NCBI GenBank assembly: GCA_030324005.1
Contig: JARDVH010000193.1
Location: forward strand, 82,539,012 to 82,603,011
DNA from: Negaprion brevirostris
Taxonomy: Eukaryota
Length of the DNA stretch: 64,000 bases
Direction of reading: 5' to 3'
Positions 50,601-62,430 of the stretch are shown piece after piece (position 1 is the stretch's first letter; each line of letters begins with the position of its first letter). Position numbers and translations under genes: made by a program. The notes beneath the pieces are model-generated. The model was not told where the DNA came from, made no database searches, and saw only the letters and a list, made by a program, of their open reading frames with translations.

Positions 50601-50681
50601 AATGTATTTGATGTATTTAATTTTCACAAGTTTTATGAGTTGTAATTTTGGTTAATTAAATATTGTTTAAGTTGGAACAAT

Positions 50682-50817
50682 AGGCTGGATTCCCTGACCT
50701 CGTCCACAGCTGGGATTCTCCTGTCCCACTGCAGTGGACGGAGATTTGGTTGAGTGCCAAATTCTCCACTCTTGCTAGCAGTGGCTGTAGGGCATGAATG
50801 GCCGGAGAATACTGACC
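50682..50817. mobile_element. Harbinger-type MITE
   Basis: AGGCTGGATTC ... GCCGGAGAATACTGACC. Confidence 0.6.
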
Positions 50818-50897
50818 AATATGTTTGTTTACATTGATTTTCATTACCTTTGTTTTCACAGCAGACTCGCACAGTTCCCACAGCACACCAGCGTTTT

Positions 50898-52064
50898 GGT
50901 GCCAGTGAAGCCGGAAAAGAATATTTATCCAACTCTCAGTTGGTGCAACATCTGCCAACTTGGTGCAGGTCCCACGGCACAACGGTTGAAAACCATTGCA
51001 ATAGTGCAGACTCTTCAACAGGACTTCATGGCTGCAAAGTGCTTTGGGATATTTGTGATCATAAAAGATGCTATGTAAATGCATAAATTGATTTTTTTAC
51101 AAGCTGCAGCCCTCTAATGCATGGAGAAAGGGAGGTTAGAATTATAAGTACATATGTTCAACATTTGGAAATGTTTAGATTGCTAACAGGCTAACACTGA
51201 ACCATTATGGAATTAGAGTGTTGATAACGGTCATTGATACATCAATATGCAACAGCATATAGTTAGATCATGTTATATGATAGTTGCTGAGAGGAAGGTA
51301 GGCATCTCCCTATAATAAAGAGAAGACATCTACAGCAATGCTTTAAAACATTCCACGGTCCAGTCAGTGTAAAGGTCAGTTATCTTGGTTGCATCAGACG
51401 TATTGTTTGAGGAAGGGGAAATATGCAAGGAAGGAAATTGCAGCATGAAAAAAAGAGTGCACCAATTAGATTTGACAAACCGGTTGTTTGAAATGTAGAA
51501 GGCATAGGGTTCAGTCCTTTGCTACTCAATGAGGAGAAGCTTCCTCTCCCATCTTCGATTGTTTTGTAGCTCGCCTTAAAAATTCTCCTTTCAAAATTAA
51601 AGGTAGAATTGAAATTTAAAAAACTTATATTTATATCATGCCCAATTAATTTGCTGAAACAGCTCAAAGGGTTTATGCAGTAAATTATAAATTAAATTAC
51701 GTACTCCTGTATTTCCAATCTGTACACACTTGAAAGAATAATGATTAAATCCTTATTCTGACTAAATTTCTCCAAGAAAGAAATTCAATGTAGCTGAATT
51801 TCGCATTGATGATCTGCCATCACATACCCAAAAATATTTGTTTTGAACCCAGGATTTCAGGACTAATCTTTCGTCTACATGATAGCCTTTCCAACAATGC
51901 AATACAGATGTGGATGAGAATGTATGAGCTCAAATTTGGCCATGGAGCTCAACCCTGCAACCTTTCAACTTACAAGAACAAGAGTAATAGTAACTGCAAC
52001 AAGTTGGCAGATGTCACACCAACTAAGAGCTGGATAAATATACTTTTCCGGATTCACTGACACC
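50898..52064. repeat. Pair of 71-bp inverted repeats (50898-50968 / 51994-52064)
   Basis: Manual alignment 63/71 identical, ungapped. Confidence 0.9.
50995..51085 (+). mobile_element. DeuSINE/L2-type 3' tail
   Basis: ACTTCATGGCTGCAAAGTGCTTTGGGATATT...GCTATGTAAATGCA. Confidence 0.65.
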
Positions 52065-52524
52065 GGAATTACCTAAATGAAAACAATCAAAATGTTGGCA
52101 CAGAAATCATCATGAAGTGCTGGAAGAGGGTGAAGCTCCTTACTTCACTTTCTTATCTTACACCTTCAACTGACAGCCATAAGATGCAATCTAGTTTTGT
52201 GACAGATTATTAAAGTAGACCACGCAAAGCATTGACAGAAGCTTTTCTGAGGAACTGTATGAAGGTTGGCAAATTATTCTAGCATCACTGTATGAATAAA
52301 TTATGTGGTTAAGACACCAAAAGATCTTTACCAGCACTCGGGAGGTACACGTTGCCAAACAAATGCTGCTTACAGTTTCCTGTGGTGGAATTTCTACTTT
52401 TCTTTATACTCAGAGTTGAAGCTTTTTGTTATCCGGCTTCAGAATCTGCCATATCCTTGAACTTCAAGTCTTGCTAACTCAATGAACATCAAAATCTCTC
52501 TTCTATGATCAACATATAAAATCG

Positions 52525-53020
52525 AGGAAATGTTTAGCAGGTCTGGTCACATATTCAGAGACAGAAACAGTGTTAACGCTTTAAACTGATGATCTTCTTT
52601 CAGAACTGCAAAAGATAGAGAATAGAACATGTTTTAACCAATTTAAGAAGCAGGGAAAAGGGGGAAGGGGGTTAACGAACAAAAAAAGTAGGGTTCAAGA
52701 CAAGAAAGATTAAATGATAAAACGAGGTGAAGATCCAATGCAAAAGGAGGTGATAATGGGACAATTAAAGAAACAAAAATCCTAACCAGCAATTGCTGTC
52801 TAAAAGAAATGGCAGCAGTGGTTATTGTCTGAAACTAGTGGACTTAATGGAGGCTGCAAACTGCATAATTGAAAAATGAGAGTCTGTTCTTTGAGCATCT
52901 GTTGACCTTTATTAAAATGATGTAGGAGGCGGATGGCAGAGATGTCAGAGCAGAACTGGGATGGATAATTAAACTTCAAGCAACTGGAAGCTCAAGATCA
53001 CACTTGTGGACTGAACAGAG
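52525..53020 (-). mobile_element. Penelope-like element 3' end (GIY-YIG C-terminus and UTR), decayed
   Basis: Minus strand reads SVHKCDLELPVA..FN and ..KEQTLIFQLCSLQP, typical of the PLE endonuclease C-terminus; terminal GACCTGCTAAACATTTCC motif. Confidence 0.7.
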
Positions 53021-53219
53021 CGAAGCAGGGATTGGACACTGTTGTTGCACCAGCAGTGACTGGAATTGATTTTTACACAAGCAATGATGGGTACTTTTTG
53101 TACATTAATGAGGACTAAGCAGGCCCAATTTAGTCAAACATCTGAGGTTTAGCAGCTGAAGAACTCTGTGAGCTGGCAACAGATTGCATCTCCTGTAATT
53201 TCACTTGTCTTTTATCTTA

Positions 53220-53375
53220 GTAGAATCATAGAATCCCTACAGTCCAGAAGGGAGCCATTTAGCTCATCAAATCTGTACTGGCCACAATACCATCCAGTCC
53301 CCTATACCCATAGGCCCAATGCATTTATCCTGCTAGGCCCCCTAACACTAAAGGGCCAATCATGCCATCTTTGGA
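53220..53375 (-). mobile_element. HE1-like SINE 3' half, tail type B
   Basis: AGAATCATAGAATCCCTACAGT..; matches 42005-42190. Confidence 0.75.
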
Positions 53376-53859
53376 CTCAGTCTTTAATTCACCATGCGTC
53401 ATCTCCTACAGATCATGAACGAACTTTGGGTAATAGGCATGTCTGTGATGGTACTTGGTGCTGTAGGAGTGAAATATACTGGATACTATGAGTTGTATTA
53501 TTTTTATTTCTGCGTCCTTACACCAGAAGAGTCCAGTTCCAAAAGAGATCGGGTAATGTCTTTGTAGCAACAGGAGTCAGGCACTGTTCCGATATAGAGA
53601 GCGATCAGCTACACTAGCTGGGATTAGTAACTATTTTCTTCTTGTCTCATCCTTCATTGTCTGCTGTGGCTGGCTGGGCAGCTGTACTTATTTGATCTGA
53701 ATGAATAAGAACAGAAGGGAAGGTTTGGAGTGAGGAAAGCAGGGTGGAGAAGAAAGCAAGTGGTCCATGGCCACACCATCTGCAGATTTCACTTCATGCC
53801 AGATAGATGAGGATGAAGAGAGAACTGAAAAAGGGATAAGGCACAAACTTACGATCATC

Positions 53860-54560
53860 CTGGATAGTGTATATGACACCAGTTACAAAAGGTTCGGTTG
53901 GAAATGGCACCATTAAACAGAGCACCATCTCCTCTGTCCAGCTGAGTGGCTGAAGTAACTTTGTCCCTCAGTGTTTCGGCTTTGGTCCTTTCTATTGTGG
54001 CTGACATCATCTTGCAAGAGAGAGGGCAGAATATCAGTGATTGTGTTTCATTATGTTTAGGTGATGTTCCTGCTTTGACTAATAACGTGAAATATATAGA
54101 GGTAATGAGAAGTGGGCTTGAGAATGACACTTCTGGAGGGTCTGTGTCGATCAAGTGTAGCATGTGAATGTATGTGCGATTCTGAGTGCCAGGGTGTGCT
54201 GTTGGATGAGTGATGCAGTGTGGTGCATTTAGCAGTTTGAGAAGCTGGTGGATTGATGACTATCAGACATCATGTGGAGTTGCATTGACATAGACCTTGC
54301 ATGTGTGAGTTGAGTAAACTTCTTTCAGTGCTGCTGCCAGGTTCTTAAGGCCAGACTGCAGGCATTGACCTCCCTTGTCATCTACTCCCATTATCTGCAG
54401 GCTCTGACTTGATGGTATATTGCTCTTCCCTCCCCCACCTCCTTCCACTCTGTGTAGAATTAGAGCTTCTCTCTTGTCCACTTCCAACACTAATGCATCC
54501 AGTGCCACATTGGTAAATCTCAGAGTCCGTACCCAGCTTGGTGTTCCTTGTTCAGAATTA
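53860..54560 (-). pseudogene. Harbinger Myb/SANT gene relic (copy 5)
   Basis: RTLRFTNVALDALVLEVDKREALIL ... WE*MTREVNACSLALRTWQQH*KKFTQLTH. Confidence 0.78.
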
Positions 54561-54754
54561 CATCAACATATTTCAGTTTAATCCACTGCTGCTTCTCTTT
54601 AAGAGGGATAGGTTGCCTTTAGAAGCTATTGAATAGCTGGACCACATGTTAGCCTTGCATGCTATTCAGCCCCATGTTGTATGTGAAATCATTCAAGTAA
54701 GGAGACAGTCTCCACATCAGTTGGTTCCACACTTAAAAATAAATGCACACCAAT

Positions 54755-54887
54755 CTCAGACCTTTGTCAGACTCCACTTGGAGTACAGTGTGTAGTTCTG
54801 GTCACCTCACTACAAGAAGGATGTGGAAGCTATTGAAAGGGTGCAGTGGAGATTTACAAGGATGTTGCCTGGATTGGGTGGCATGCC
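54755..54887 (+). mobile_element. CR1 fragment running into a gap
   Basis: LEYSV*FWSPHYKKDVEAIERVQWRFTRMLPGL. Confidence 0.88.
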
Positions 54888-55440
54888 NNNNNNNNNNNNN
54901 NNNNNNNNNNNNNNNNNNNNNNNNNNNNNNNNNNNNNNNNNNNNNNNNNNNNNNNNNNNNNNNNNNNNNNNNNNNNNNNNNNNNNNNNNNNNNNNNNNNN
55001 NNNNNNNNNNNNNNNNNNNNNNNNNNNNNNNNNNNNNNNNNNNNNNNNNNNNNNNNNNNNNNNNNNNNNNNNNNNNNNNNNNNNNNNNNNNNNNNNNNNN
55101 NNNNNNNNNNNNNNNNNNNNNNNNNNNNNNNNNNNNNNNNNNNNNNNNNNNNNNNNNNNNNNNNNNNNNNNNNNNNNNNNNNNNNNNNNNNNNNNNNNNN
55201 NNNNNNNNNNNNNNNNNNNNNNNNNNNNNNNNNNNNNNNNNNNNNNNNNNNNNNNNNNNNNNNNNNNNNNNNNNNNNNNNNNNNNNNNNNNNNNNNNNNN
55301 NNNNNNNNNNNNNNNNNNNNNNNNNNNNNNNNNNNNNNNNNNNNNNNNNNNNNNNNNNNNNNNNNNNNNNNNNNNNNNNNNNNNNNNNNNNNNNNNNNNN
55401 NNNNNNNNNNNNNNNNNNNNNNNNNNNNNNNNNNNNNNNN

Positions 55441-56347
55441 AATTAGCCACCAATCTCACTGTTGAACATAGACTACAAAATTCTAGCCAAGGTCATTGCC
55501 AACCAGGTGAAGTCTGCTTTAGGGTTGGTGATCATCCTGATCAAACCTGTGCTGTACCCAGCAGGAAGATCTCTGATAGCCTTGCACTACTCAGGGATAT
55601 GATTGCCTACATGCAGGAAAGGCAGGTGGATACCTGTCAGCCTAGATCAGTAGAAGACATTTGACAGAATATTGCATAGCTGCATGAGGGACGTGCTCTC
55701 CAAAATGGGGTTTTGGGAGGGAATCCGCAATTGGATCCAACTACTCTACACAGACATCAGTAGCGCAGTCTCAGTGGGTGGGAATCAGATTGGTTTCAGA
55801 TCAGTTCTGGACTCAGGCAGGGCTGCCCTGCCTGTGTGTTGCATTGAATCCTTTGCCAAGTCCATCAGAAAGGACCTAGGCATCATAGGGGTTACCATCC
55901 CAGGCAAATCAAAACTTCCCTGCTCACTGCTGTCTTCTGTTCGGACCTGTCACCTGTTCGCAGGCTCCTCTAAGACTGTGTGCAGTTCGAACTGGCCTCA
56001 GGAGCCAAAGTCAACAGGGGCAAGAACAAAGCCATGTTCTTCGGGAACTAGGTGGACCGATCCTTTGCTCCCTTCGCTGTCAGGGCAGACTATCAAGGTG
56101 CTGGGGATATGGTTGTGTCCAGAGGGAAGCAAATACATAAATCTATAGAGAATGGTAGGAAAAATGTTCCCAATACCACCTTTGTCTGCATTGTGTAGAT
56201 CCTCGGTACGCTATCACCAAGTGCCACTACTTTTTGAGGTTCTCTCTGTCCCAAGTGTTGCAGAGGATGGGTCTGGCCTCCCACTGAATGCTTCCAAGTA
56301 GTTGGACCATGTCACAGCACCTGTCCTTTGTGGATAAATTTTTCCAG
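55441..56347 (+). mobile_element. Tx1-like (L1 clade) LINE RT fragment
   Basis: PISLLNIDYKILAKVIANQVK; HPDQTCAVPSRKISDSLALLRDMIAY; SLDQ*KTFDRI; VLSKMGFWEGIRNWIQLLY. Confidence 0.88.
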
Positions 56348-57338
56348 NNNNNNNNNNNNNNNNNNNNNNNNNNNNNNNNNNNNNNNNNNNNNNNNNNNNN
56401 NNNNNNNNNNNNNNNNNNNNNNNNNNNNNNNNNNNNNNNNNNNNNNNNNNNNNNNNNNNNNNNNNNNNNNNNNNNNNNNNNNNNNNNNNNNNNNNNNNNN
56501 NNNNNNNNNNNNNNNNNNNNNNNNNNNNNNNNNNNNNNNNNNNNNNNNNNNNNNNNNNNNNNNNNNNNNNNNNNNNNNNNNNNNNNNNNNNNNNNNNNNN
56601 NNNNNNNNNNNNNNNNNNNNNNNNNNNNNNNNNNNNNNNNNNNNNNNNNNNNNNNNNNNNNNNNNNNNNNNNNNNNNNNNNNNNNNNNNNNNNNNNNNNN
56701 NNNNNNNNNNNNNNNNNNNNNNNNNNNNNNNNNNNNNNNNNNNNNNNNNNNNNNNNNNNNNNNNNNNNNNNNNNNNNNNNNNNNNNNNNNNNNNNNNNNN
56801 NNNNNNNNNNNNNNNNNNNNNNNNNNNNNNNNNNNNNNNNNNNNNNNNNNNNNNNNNNNNNNNNNNNNNNNNNNNNNNNNNNNNNNNNNNNNNNNNNNNN
56901 NNNNNNNNNNNNNNNNNNNNNNNNNNNNNNNNNNNNNNNNNNNNNNNNNNNNNNNNNNNNNNNNNNNNNNNNNNNNNNNNNNNNNNNNNNNNNNNNNNNN
57001 NNNNNNNNNNNNNNNNNNNNNNNNNNNNNNNNNNNNNNNNNNNNNNNNNNNNNNNNNNNNNNNNNNNNNNNNNNNNNNNNNNNNNNNNNNNNNNNNNNNN
57101 NNNNNNNNNNNNNNNNNNNNNNNNNNNNNNNNNNNNNNNNNNNNNNNNNNNNNNNNNNNNNNNNNNNNNNNNNNNNNNNNNNNNNNNNNNNNNNNNNNNN
57201 NNNNNNNNNNNNNNNNNNNNNNNNNNNNNNNNNNNNNNNNNNNNNNNNNNNNNNNNNNNNNNNNNNNNNNNNNNNNNNNNNNNNNNNNNNNNNNNNNNNN
57301 NNNNNNNNNNNNNNNNNNNNNNNNNNNNNNNNNNNNNN

Positions 57339-57610
57339 AAAGATGTGCTGGTTAGATACATTGACCCGAATGTGGCAACTCAGGGAATTTCACAGTAACT
57401 GCATTACAATGTTAATGTAAGCCTTACTTGTGACTAATGAAAAAACTTTTTAAAAGTTAGGTGGATTAGCATTAGCAAATGTGCGGGACTACTGGGACAA
57501 GGTGGGGGTGGGGGGGCGGGGTTTGGGCTTAGTTAAGATATTCTTTCAGAGAATCGATGAAGACTCAATGGGCCAAATGGCTTCCTTCTGCACTCTATGG
57601 TTCTATGGTA
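57339..57610 (+). mobile_element. Adjacent SINE 3' ends (tail A, then tail B)
   Basis: Tail A ends ~57450, followed directly by GTTAGGTGGATTAG...ATGGGCCAAATGGCTTCCTTCTGCAC. Confidence 0.7.
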
Positions 57611-57904
57611 TGTCAGATATTGTCCTTAAACAGGTTTATAGAGGATCAGACAATAGTTTTACTTAAGTAGGATTTGACACTGACTTTATGCCAGTCGGTA
57701 TGATGTTTAATTAGCTCAAAGTTTGCTCCAATCATGTCATTAAATATTAAACTCAGTAATTTTGATCTCCCATGCAATAAACAGAAGTTAGCTCGTACAT
57801 GAAAGTAAATGCTACTCACATGAACTAGCTTGAATGTTTTCCATTAATCAATACTATCTGAAAAAGCTACCTTTCCTCATATTCAGCTTAATCAAGTGTA
57901 AGCA

Positions 57905-57918
57905 GTAACCATAGCAAC
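57905..57918. promoter_or_regulatory. RFX X-box-like motif
   Basis: GTAACCATAGCAAC fits the GTNRCC-AT-RGYAAC consensus; motif match only. Confidence 0.3.
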
Positions 57919-58469
57919 CTGCAACTGATAACCTTTGCACTTCACCCACCATAACAAAAAGACTTATGGGCCAAAACTCCAGCCTAAAAGGTTCATTGAT
58001 ATTAAATTATCGACAAAATAGTATGAAATGGAAACATATACACCTGTATAGATTTGATCCTGCACACAAAGATTTTCAATGCAATGTTTGTTCAGCTTTT
58101 GAATGCATTTCCTTAACCATTAATATAAACATGGCATTTATTAGCTTCCACATTGGGATCTTAGATGAGTTCCACACTCCTAAAATATGACATTAAAGTT
58201 AAGTTATCCCCACTATGTGCTGCAATATCTGGTTAAAGCCAATGCAGCAACGGGGCTGCCACAACTGGAGGAAAATGAATCATCCAGGTTTCCATTTACT
58301 AATCAGTCTCACCTCCCACCACTTCCACTGCCATTGACAACTTCATCTCATAGAAGCCCATTGTCTTCTGGGTTGACACAAATCGGAGAACCAGCATAGT
58401 CCTTCTGTCCTGCAAATTTCTAACATCTATATGATTCTATGACAGAAGCCCATATAAAGCTGGCCTGAC

Positions 58470-58860
58470 TTTTTTCATCATCGCCTCCACTTCCACAACA
58501 ATTTCACTGGTTCCTCATGCCCCCAGTTCATTAATTTATAAAGCATGCACAACTTACTCAATCTTATCCCTGCAACATCCTTCAAGCCTCTGTCCCAGCT
58601 CATATGTTCTGCTCTTTCATTTTTGCTTTACTGTGTCCCCATAAAGGCCAGTGCCTTCAGGCATCATACACTGCACCTTGGCATTCTCTTCTCAAATCAC
58701 TGTGCATTGGCATTTTCCTTCCCATTTTTAAAAGCATCTAAAAATCTTATCAAATTACTGAGCTTCTGCAAATTCTCTCCATTTCTAATCTCTAGCGTAC
58801 CTCCTTCACACTTTGACAAATGTCAGGTAATACTTTCACTATGTTGAAGGTAAGTGCAAA
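58470..58860 (+). mobile_element. Old L2-like LINE 3' end
   Basis: Pyrimidine-rich decayed ORF end (CACTGGTTCC; GCCTTCAG..TTGGCATTCTCTTC) and tail CACTATGTTGAAGG. Confidence 0.45.
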
Positions 58861-59680
58861 TTATTTCTGATCACCTTTCTGGAAAATGCACCTGGATGTA
58901 AGTTCAGGTCAACAACAAGCTGAGATGTGAATAGTCTGATAACACCCAATCTTTAAGCATTATGGATGAAGAATGGTCACTTAGTTCAGATAGCTAAGGG
59001 CTACATGATGTACCTGAGTGTCGATCAGTATCTTCAGGAGGGAAGAACAAAGTTTTAGGAAAAGCCATCACATTCTTTCTACTATTCCGCTGAAGAGTGT
59101 AGCTTCCCTTAAGGTACTGAAACTATGGTAGCCTTTCTGTTAAAAGTTCTGTTAGAAATTAGAGATAATAGAGGCAAATATTCCTTTTCCACAATAGGTA
59201 TAGGTTCTTTGTTAAAGGGTTTGTGTCAAGGAACCAAATGAATAGTGAGTCACATTTATCAACCTCTTACTGCTGAAGCCTCAGCAGTCAATAATTAGTC
59301 AAGTCATGTGCACCATTCTTATGGGTCAATGGCACCTCTTAGTTTGAGTTATTGTCGCTTATATAAATGTTCCTAATAAATAATTAATGTAGATTTACAA
59401 ATGCAAAGTAGAAAGAGAAGAACAATAAGATGAGGAATCTAAACAGAGCTGCTGAGTTTTGTCCAGCTACTGACTATTTCGATTTACCTCAAATCTTGAG
59501 TCTTAAACCACAAAAATACAGTTTGAATGTTAGAAGCTAAAATCATTGTTTATCTCGTGACTTCTTCAGGGAAATTATTGAGGAAAAGCAGCATGAAAAA
59601 GTATTCCTAGGAAGGGCTCTCTTGGTGGCATGATTGGTATGGGAATAATGTGTCGTGTGGTTCTGAGCTACACATGGACC

Positions 59681-60020
59681 AGTTTAAAGTTTATTTATTA
59701 GTGTCTCAAGCAGGCTNNNNNNNNNNNNNNNNNNNNNNNNNNNNNNNNNNNNNNNNNNNNNNNNNNNNNNNNNNNNNNNNNNNNNNNNNNNNNNNNNNNN
59801 NNNNNNNNNNNNNNNNNNNNNNNNNNNNNNNNNNNNGGAGGAAACTGGAGGACCCAAAGGACACCCACGCAGACACATGGAGCACATGCAGACTCCACAC
59901 AGGCAGTAATCTGAGCTGGGAATCAAACCTGGGTCCTTGGCGCTGTGAAGCAGCGGCACTATTTGCTGTGCCACTGTGCTGCCCCTGTGCCACCGTGCTG
60001 CCCCTGTGCCACCGTGCTGC
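59681..60020 (-). mobile_element. HE1/V-SINE-like SINE, tail type A, triplicated 5' end
   Basis: CTGTGCCAC(C/T)GTGCTGCCC repeated three times at 59966-60020. Confidence 0.88.
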
Positions 60021-60879
60021 TCCAGGAAAATGCAAGGGTGATTTCACAAACGTGTTAACTGCAATCGGGATGCTAGCTTGCCTCAGCACTGCTGCACTAA
60101 AAGGGGATCCCCTGTTTGAATGTGTTTGTCTATTAGGTGAAGGCAGGGCCAAGTTTTGTTACACACAATTGCCCAGAAATTTCATTATGTAAATGGGTCA
60201 TTGGGTTCAATAAATTCAGGTTGGTGGCTATCTTTCACATGAGCCATGGTCCTAATCTTATGTTGCTAATCCTGTTCTGATATCCATTCATTCCTCCACT
60301 GCTTTATCTGCCTATCTAATCTATGCTTAAATCTTGATGTGATCCCTATTTCAATCACTAATTTATATGATTCATCTCACATCCTCGCAGCCCTCTGTGT
60401 ACATTCTTACATTTAGTGTCGTATTTAAGTTCCTTCATTGCAGACTGCTCTATTCACTGGAAAAATCGTGATGCTTTCTATACTGAATGGCTTCATTACT
60501 CAATGATGAGTAAAGGTTTGTGATGCAAATGGACCATTCATTAATAGCAATGGAGTTACTTTTGTTCCTTTTCCCCTTCTCCCTAGTCCAGAACACTGAT
60601 GCCAATTTTAACATATCAATTACCACCCTGATTCAGGTTAACCTTCTCAGAGAAAGGAAAAATTATGGAGTATTTCTGCTACTTCATCACTGTCCAGCAA
60701 CTTTGGCTAGAAATTGCAAATGTATGAACTCATCCAATTCAGCTGTGACACCTCTTGTGGTGAAATAGTCAACCAACTCCTNNNNNNNNNNNNNNNNNNN
60801 NNNNNNNNNNNNNNNNNNNNNNNNNNNNNNNNNNNNNNNNNNNNNNNNNNNNNNNNNNNNNNNNNNNNNNAAAGGCAGA

Positions 60880-61615
60880 ACAGCCCTCCTGAAGGTGAGG
60901 TGCAGCAGGGACTGGAAGTGTTTGGCTTGAAGACCTTCAAGAGACACCTGAAATAGCACAACAGCAACATTCAATTGTTTGGTGTTTAATTAGGTGTGTC
61001 TGTTAAATGTTGATTGCTCACTGTGCATGATTAGCTAAACCTGGAAACAGGAACGCTGTACAGGGATGAGAGAGCAGACATTTTAAATCATTGGATAAAG
61101 CTCTTGCATGCATTTTATGCGCCTGGCTGAGTGTGTTTCCGGCAGGGGGAGCACGTGAAGTGCCACTTTTCAACCCATCCCGAACTCACCCCATTCAGCT
61201 CTGCCCATCAAATTTAAATAAATAATTAAGGGTTAATTAGCTCTGATAAAATGCTGCCCACACCATAAAATGGTTGGCATGGGCAGCCATGTGGGAATGG
61301 GCAGCCCAATTTTTTACAAACAATTCTTCAAAGGATGGGAAACAAGGGTTGTTCTATCTTTAGGGCTAGCCTAACCCCATTCCACTTGCCTGCTGTCTTA
61401 AACCCATTTCCCCAAAACTGCCACCACCCCCCTGCTGTCCACCAAACTCTTCCCAAACCTACCCAAACCCTCCTTGCCCAAGACCCTGGAATAACTTATT
61501 ACTGGGATCCATTGGGCTTCTTCCTCTTTGCAGATCCTGCAGTTCGTTCTAATGGGCTTTTTGTACTGACAGGACTAATAGAGCTATCGGCTAATCAGAT
61601 TGTCTGGTGGCTGCC
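60880..61615. mobile_element. Possible Harbinger-type element remnant
   Basis: Subterminal composition similar to 39880-40570 and 1600-2600; no clear TIR pair. Confidence 0.3.
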
Positions 61616-62181
61616 ATTAGATTATAAGGCTATAGACTTAGGGGTAGAAGTAGGCCATTCGCCCCATCAAGTCTGCGCCACCATTTAATTTGAGCATGAC
61701 TCATCTGATAATCCTCAATTCTACTTTCCCACATTATTCCTTGGTTGGTTGGGCCAGAATAAGAATGGAATACAGAAATACAGTCCAAGTAAGGGCAGAA
61801 GGGTTTTTTTTAGTTTAGAGTATTATCATCGGCACGGGCTTGGAGGGCTGAAGGGCCTGTTCCTGTGCTGCCCTCTTCTTTGTTCTTTGTTCTACTCAAC
61901 CTATCCTCATTAGAAAATTCCTCCATACCCATCAACCTAGTGAACCCTCTCTGGGCTATCTCCAATGCCGGTATATCTTTCTTTCAATAAGGGGACCAAA
62001 ATTGTTCACAATATTGTAGGTGTGGTATAACTACTGCCTTGTGTGGTTTTAGTAGGACCTCCCTATTTTATACTCATTTTCTTTGAAATAAAGGCCACCA
62101 TTTCATTTTCCTTCCCTATAATCCACTGAACTTGCATGCTAGCCTTTTATGATTTCTGCATAAGTACCCCCAAATCCCTCC

Positions 62182-62430
62182 CAGTGGTTAGCACTGCTGC
62201 TTCCTAGCGCCAGGGACCTGGGTCCGATTCCTGGCTTGGGTCACTGTCTGTATGGAGTTTGCACGTTCCTGCTGTGTCTGTGTGGGTTTCCTCTGGGTAC
62301 TCCAGTTTTCTCCCACATTCTGAAAATGTGCTGGCTAGGTACATTGACTCGGACTGTGGCAACTCGGGGAATTTCACAGTAACTTCATTACGGTGTTAAT
62401 GTAAGCCTTACTTGTGATTCATAAATCAAC
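62182..62430 (+). mobile_element. HE1/V-SINE-like SINE, tail type A
   Basis: CAGTGGTTAGCACTGCTGC...GTAAGCCTTACTTGTGA. Confidence 0.9.

Noticed and set aside
19073-57398. Long ORFs made mostly of X (19.1k, 23.5k, 42.3k, 54.8k, 56.3k)
   Set aside because: They span assembly gaps
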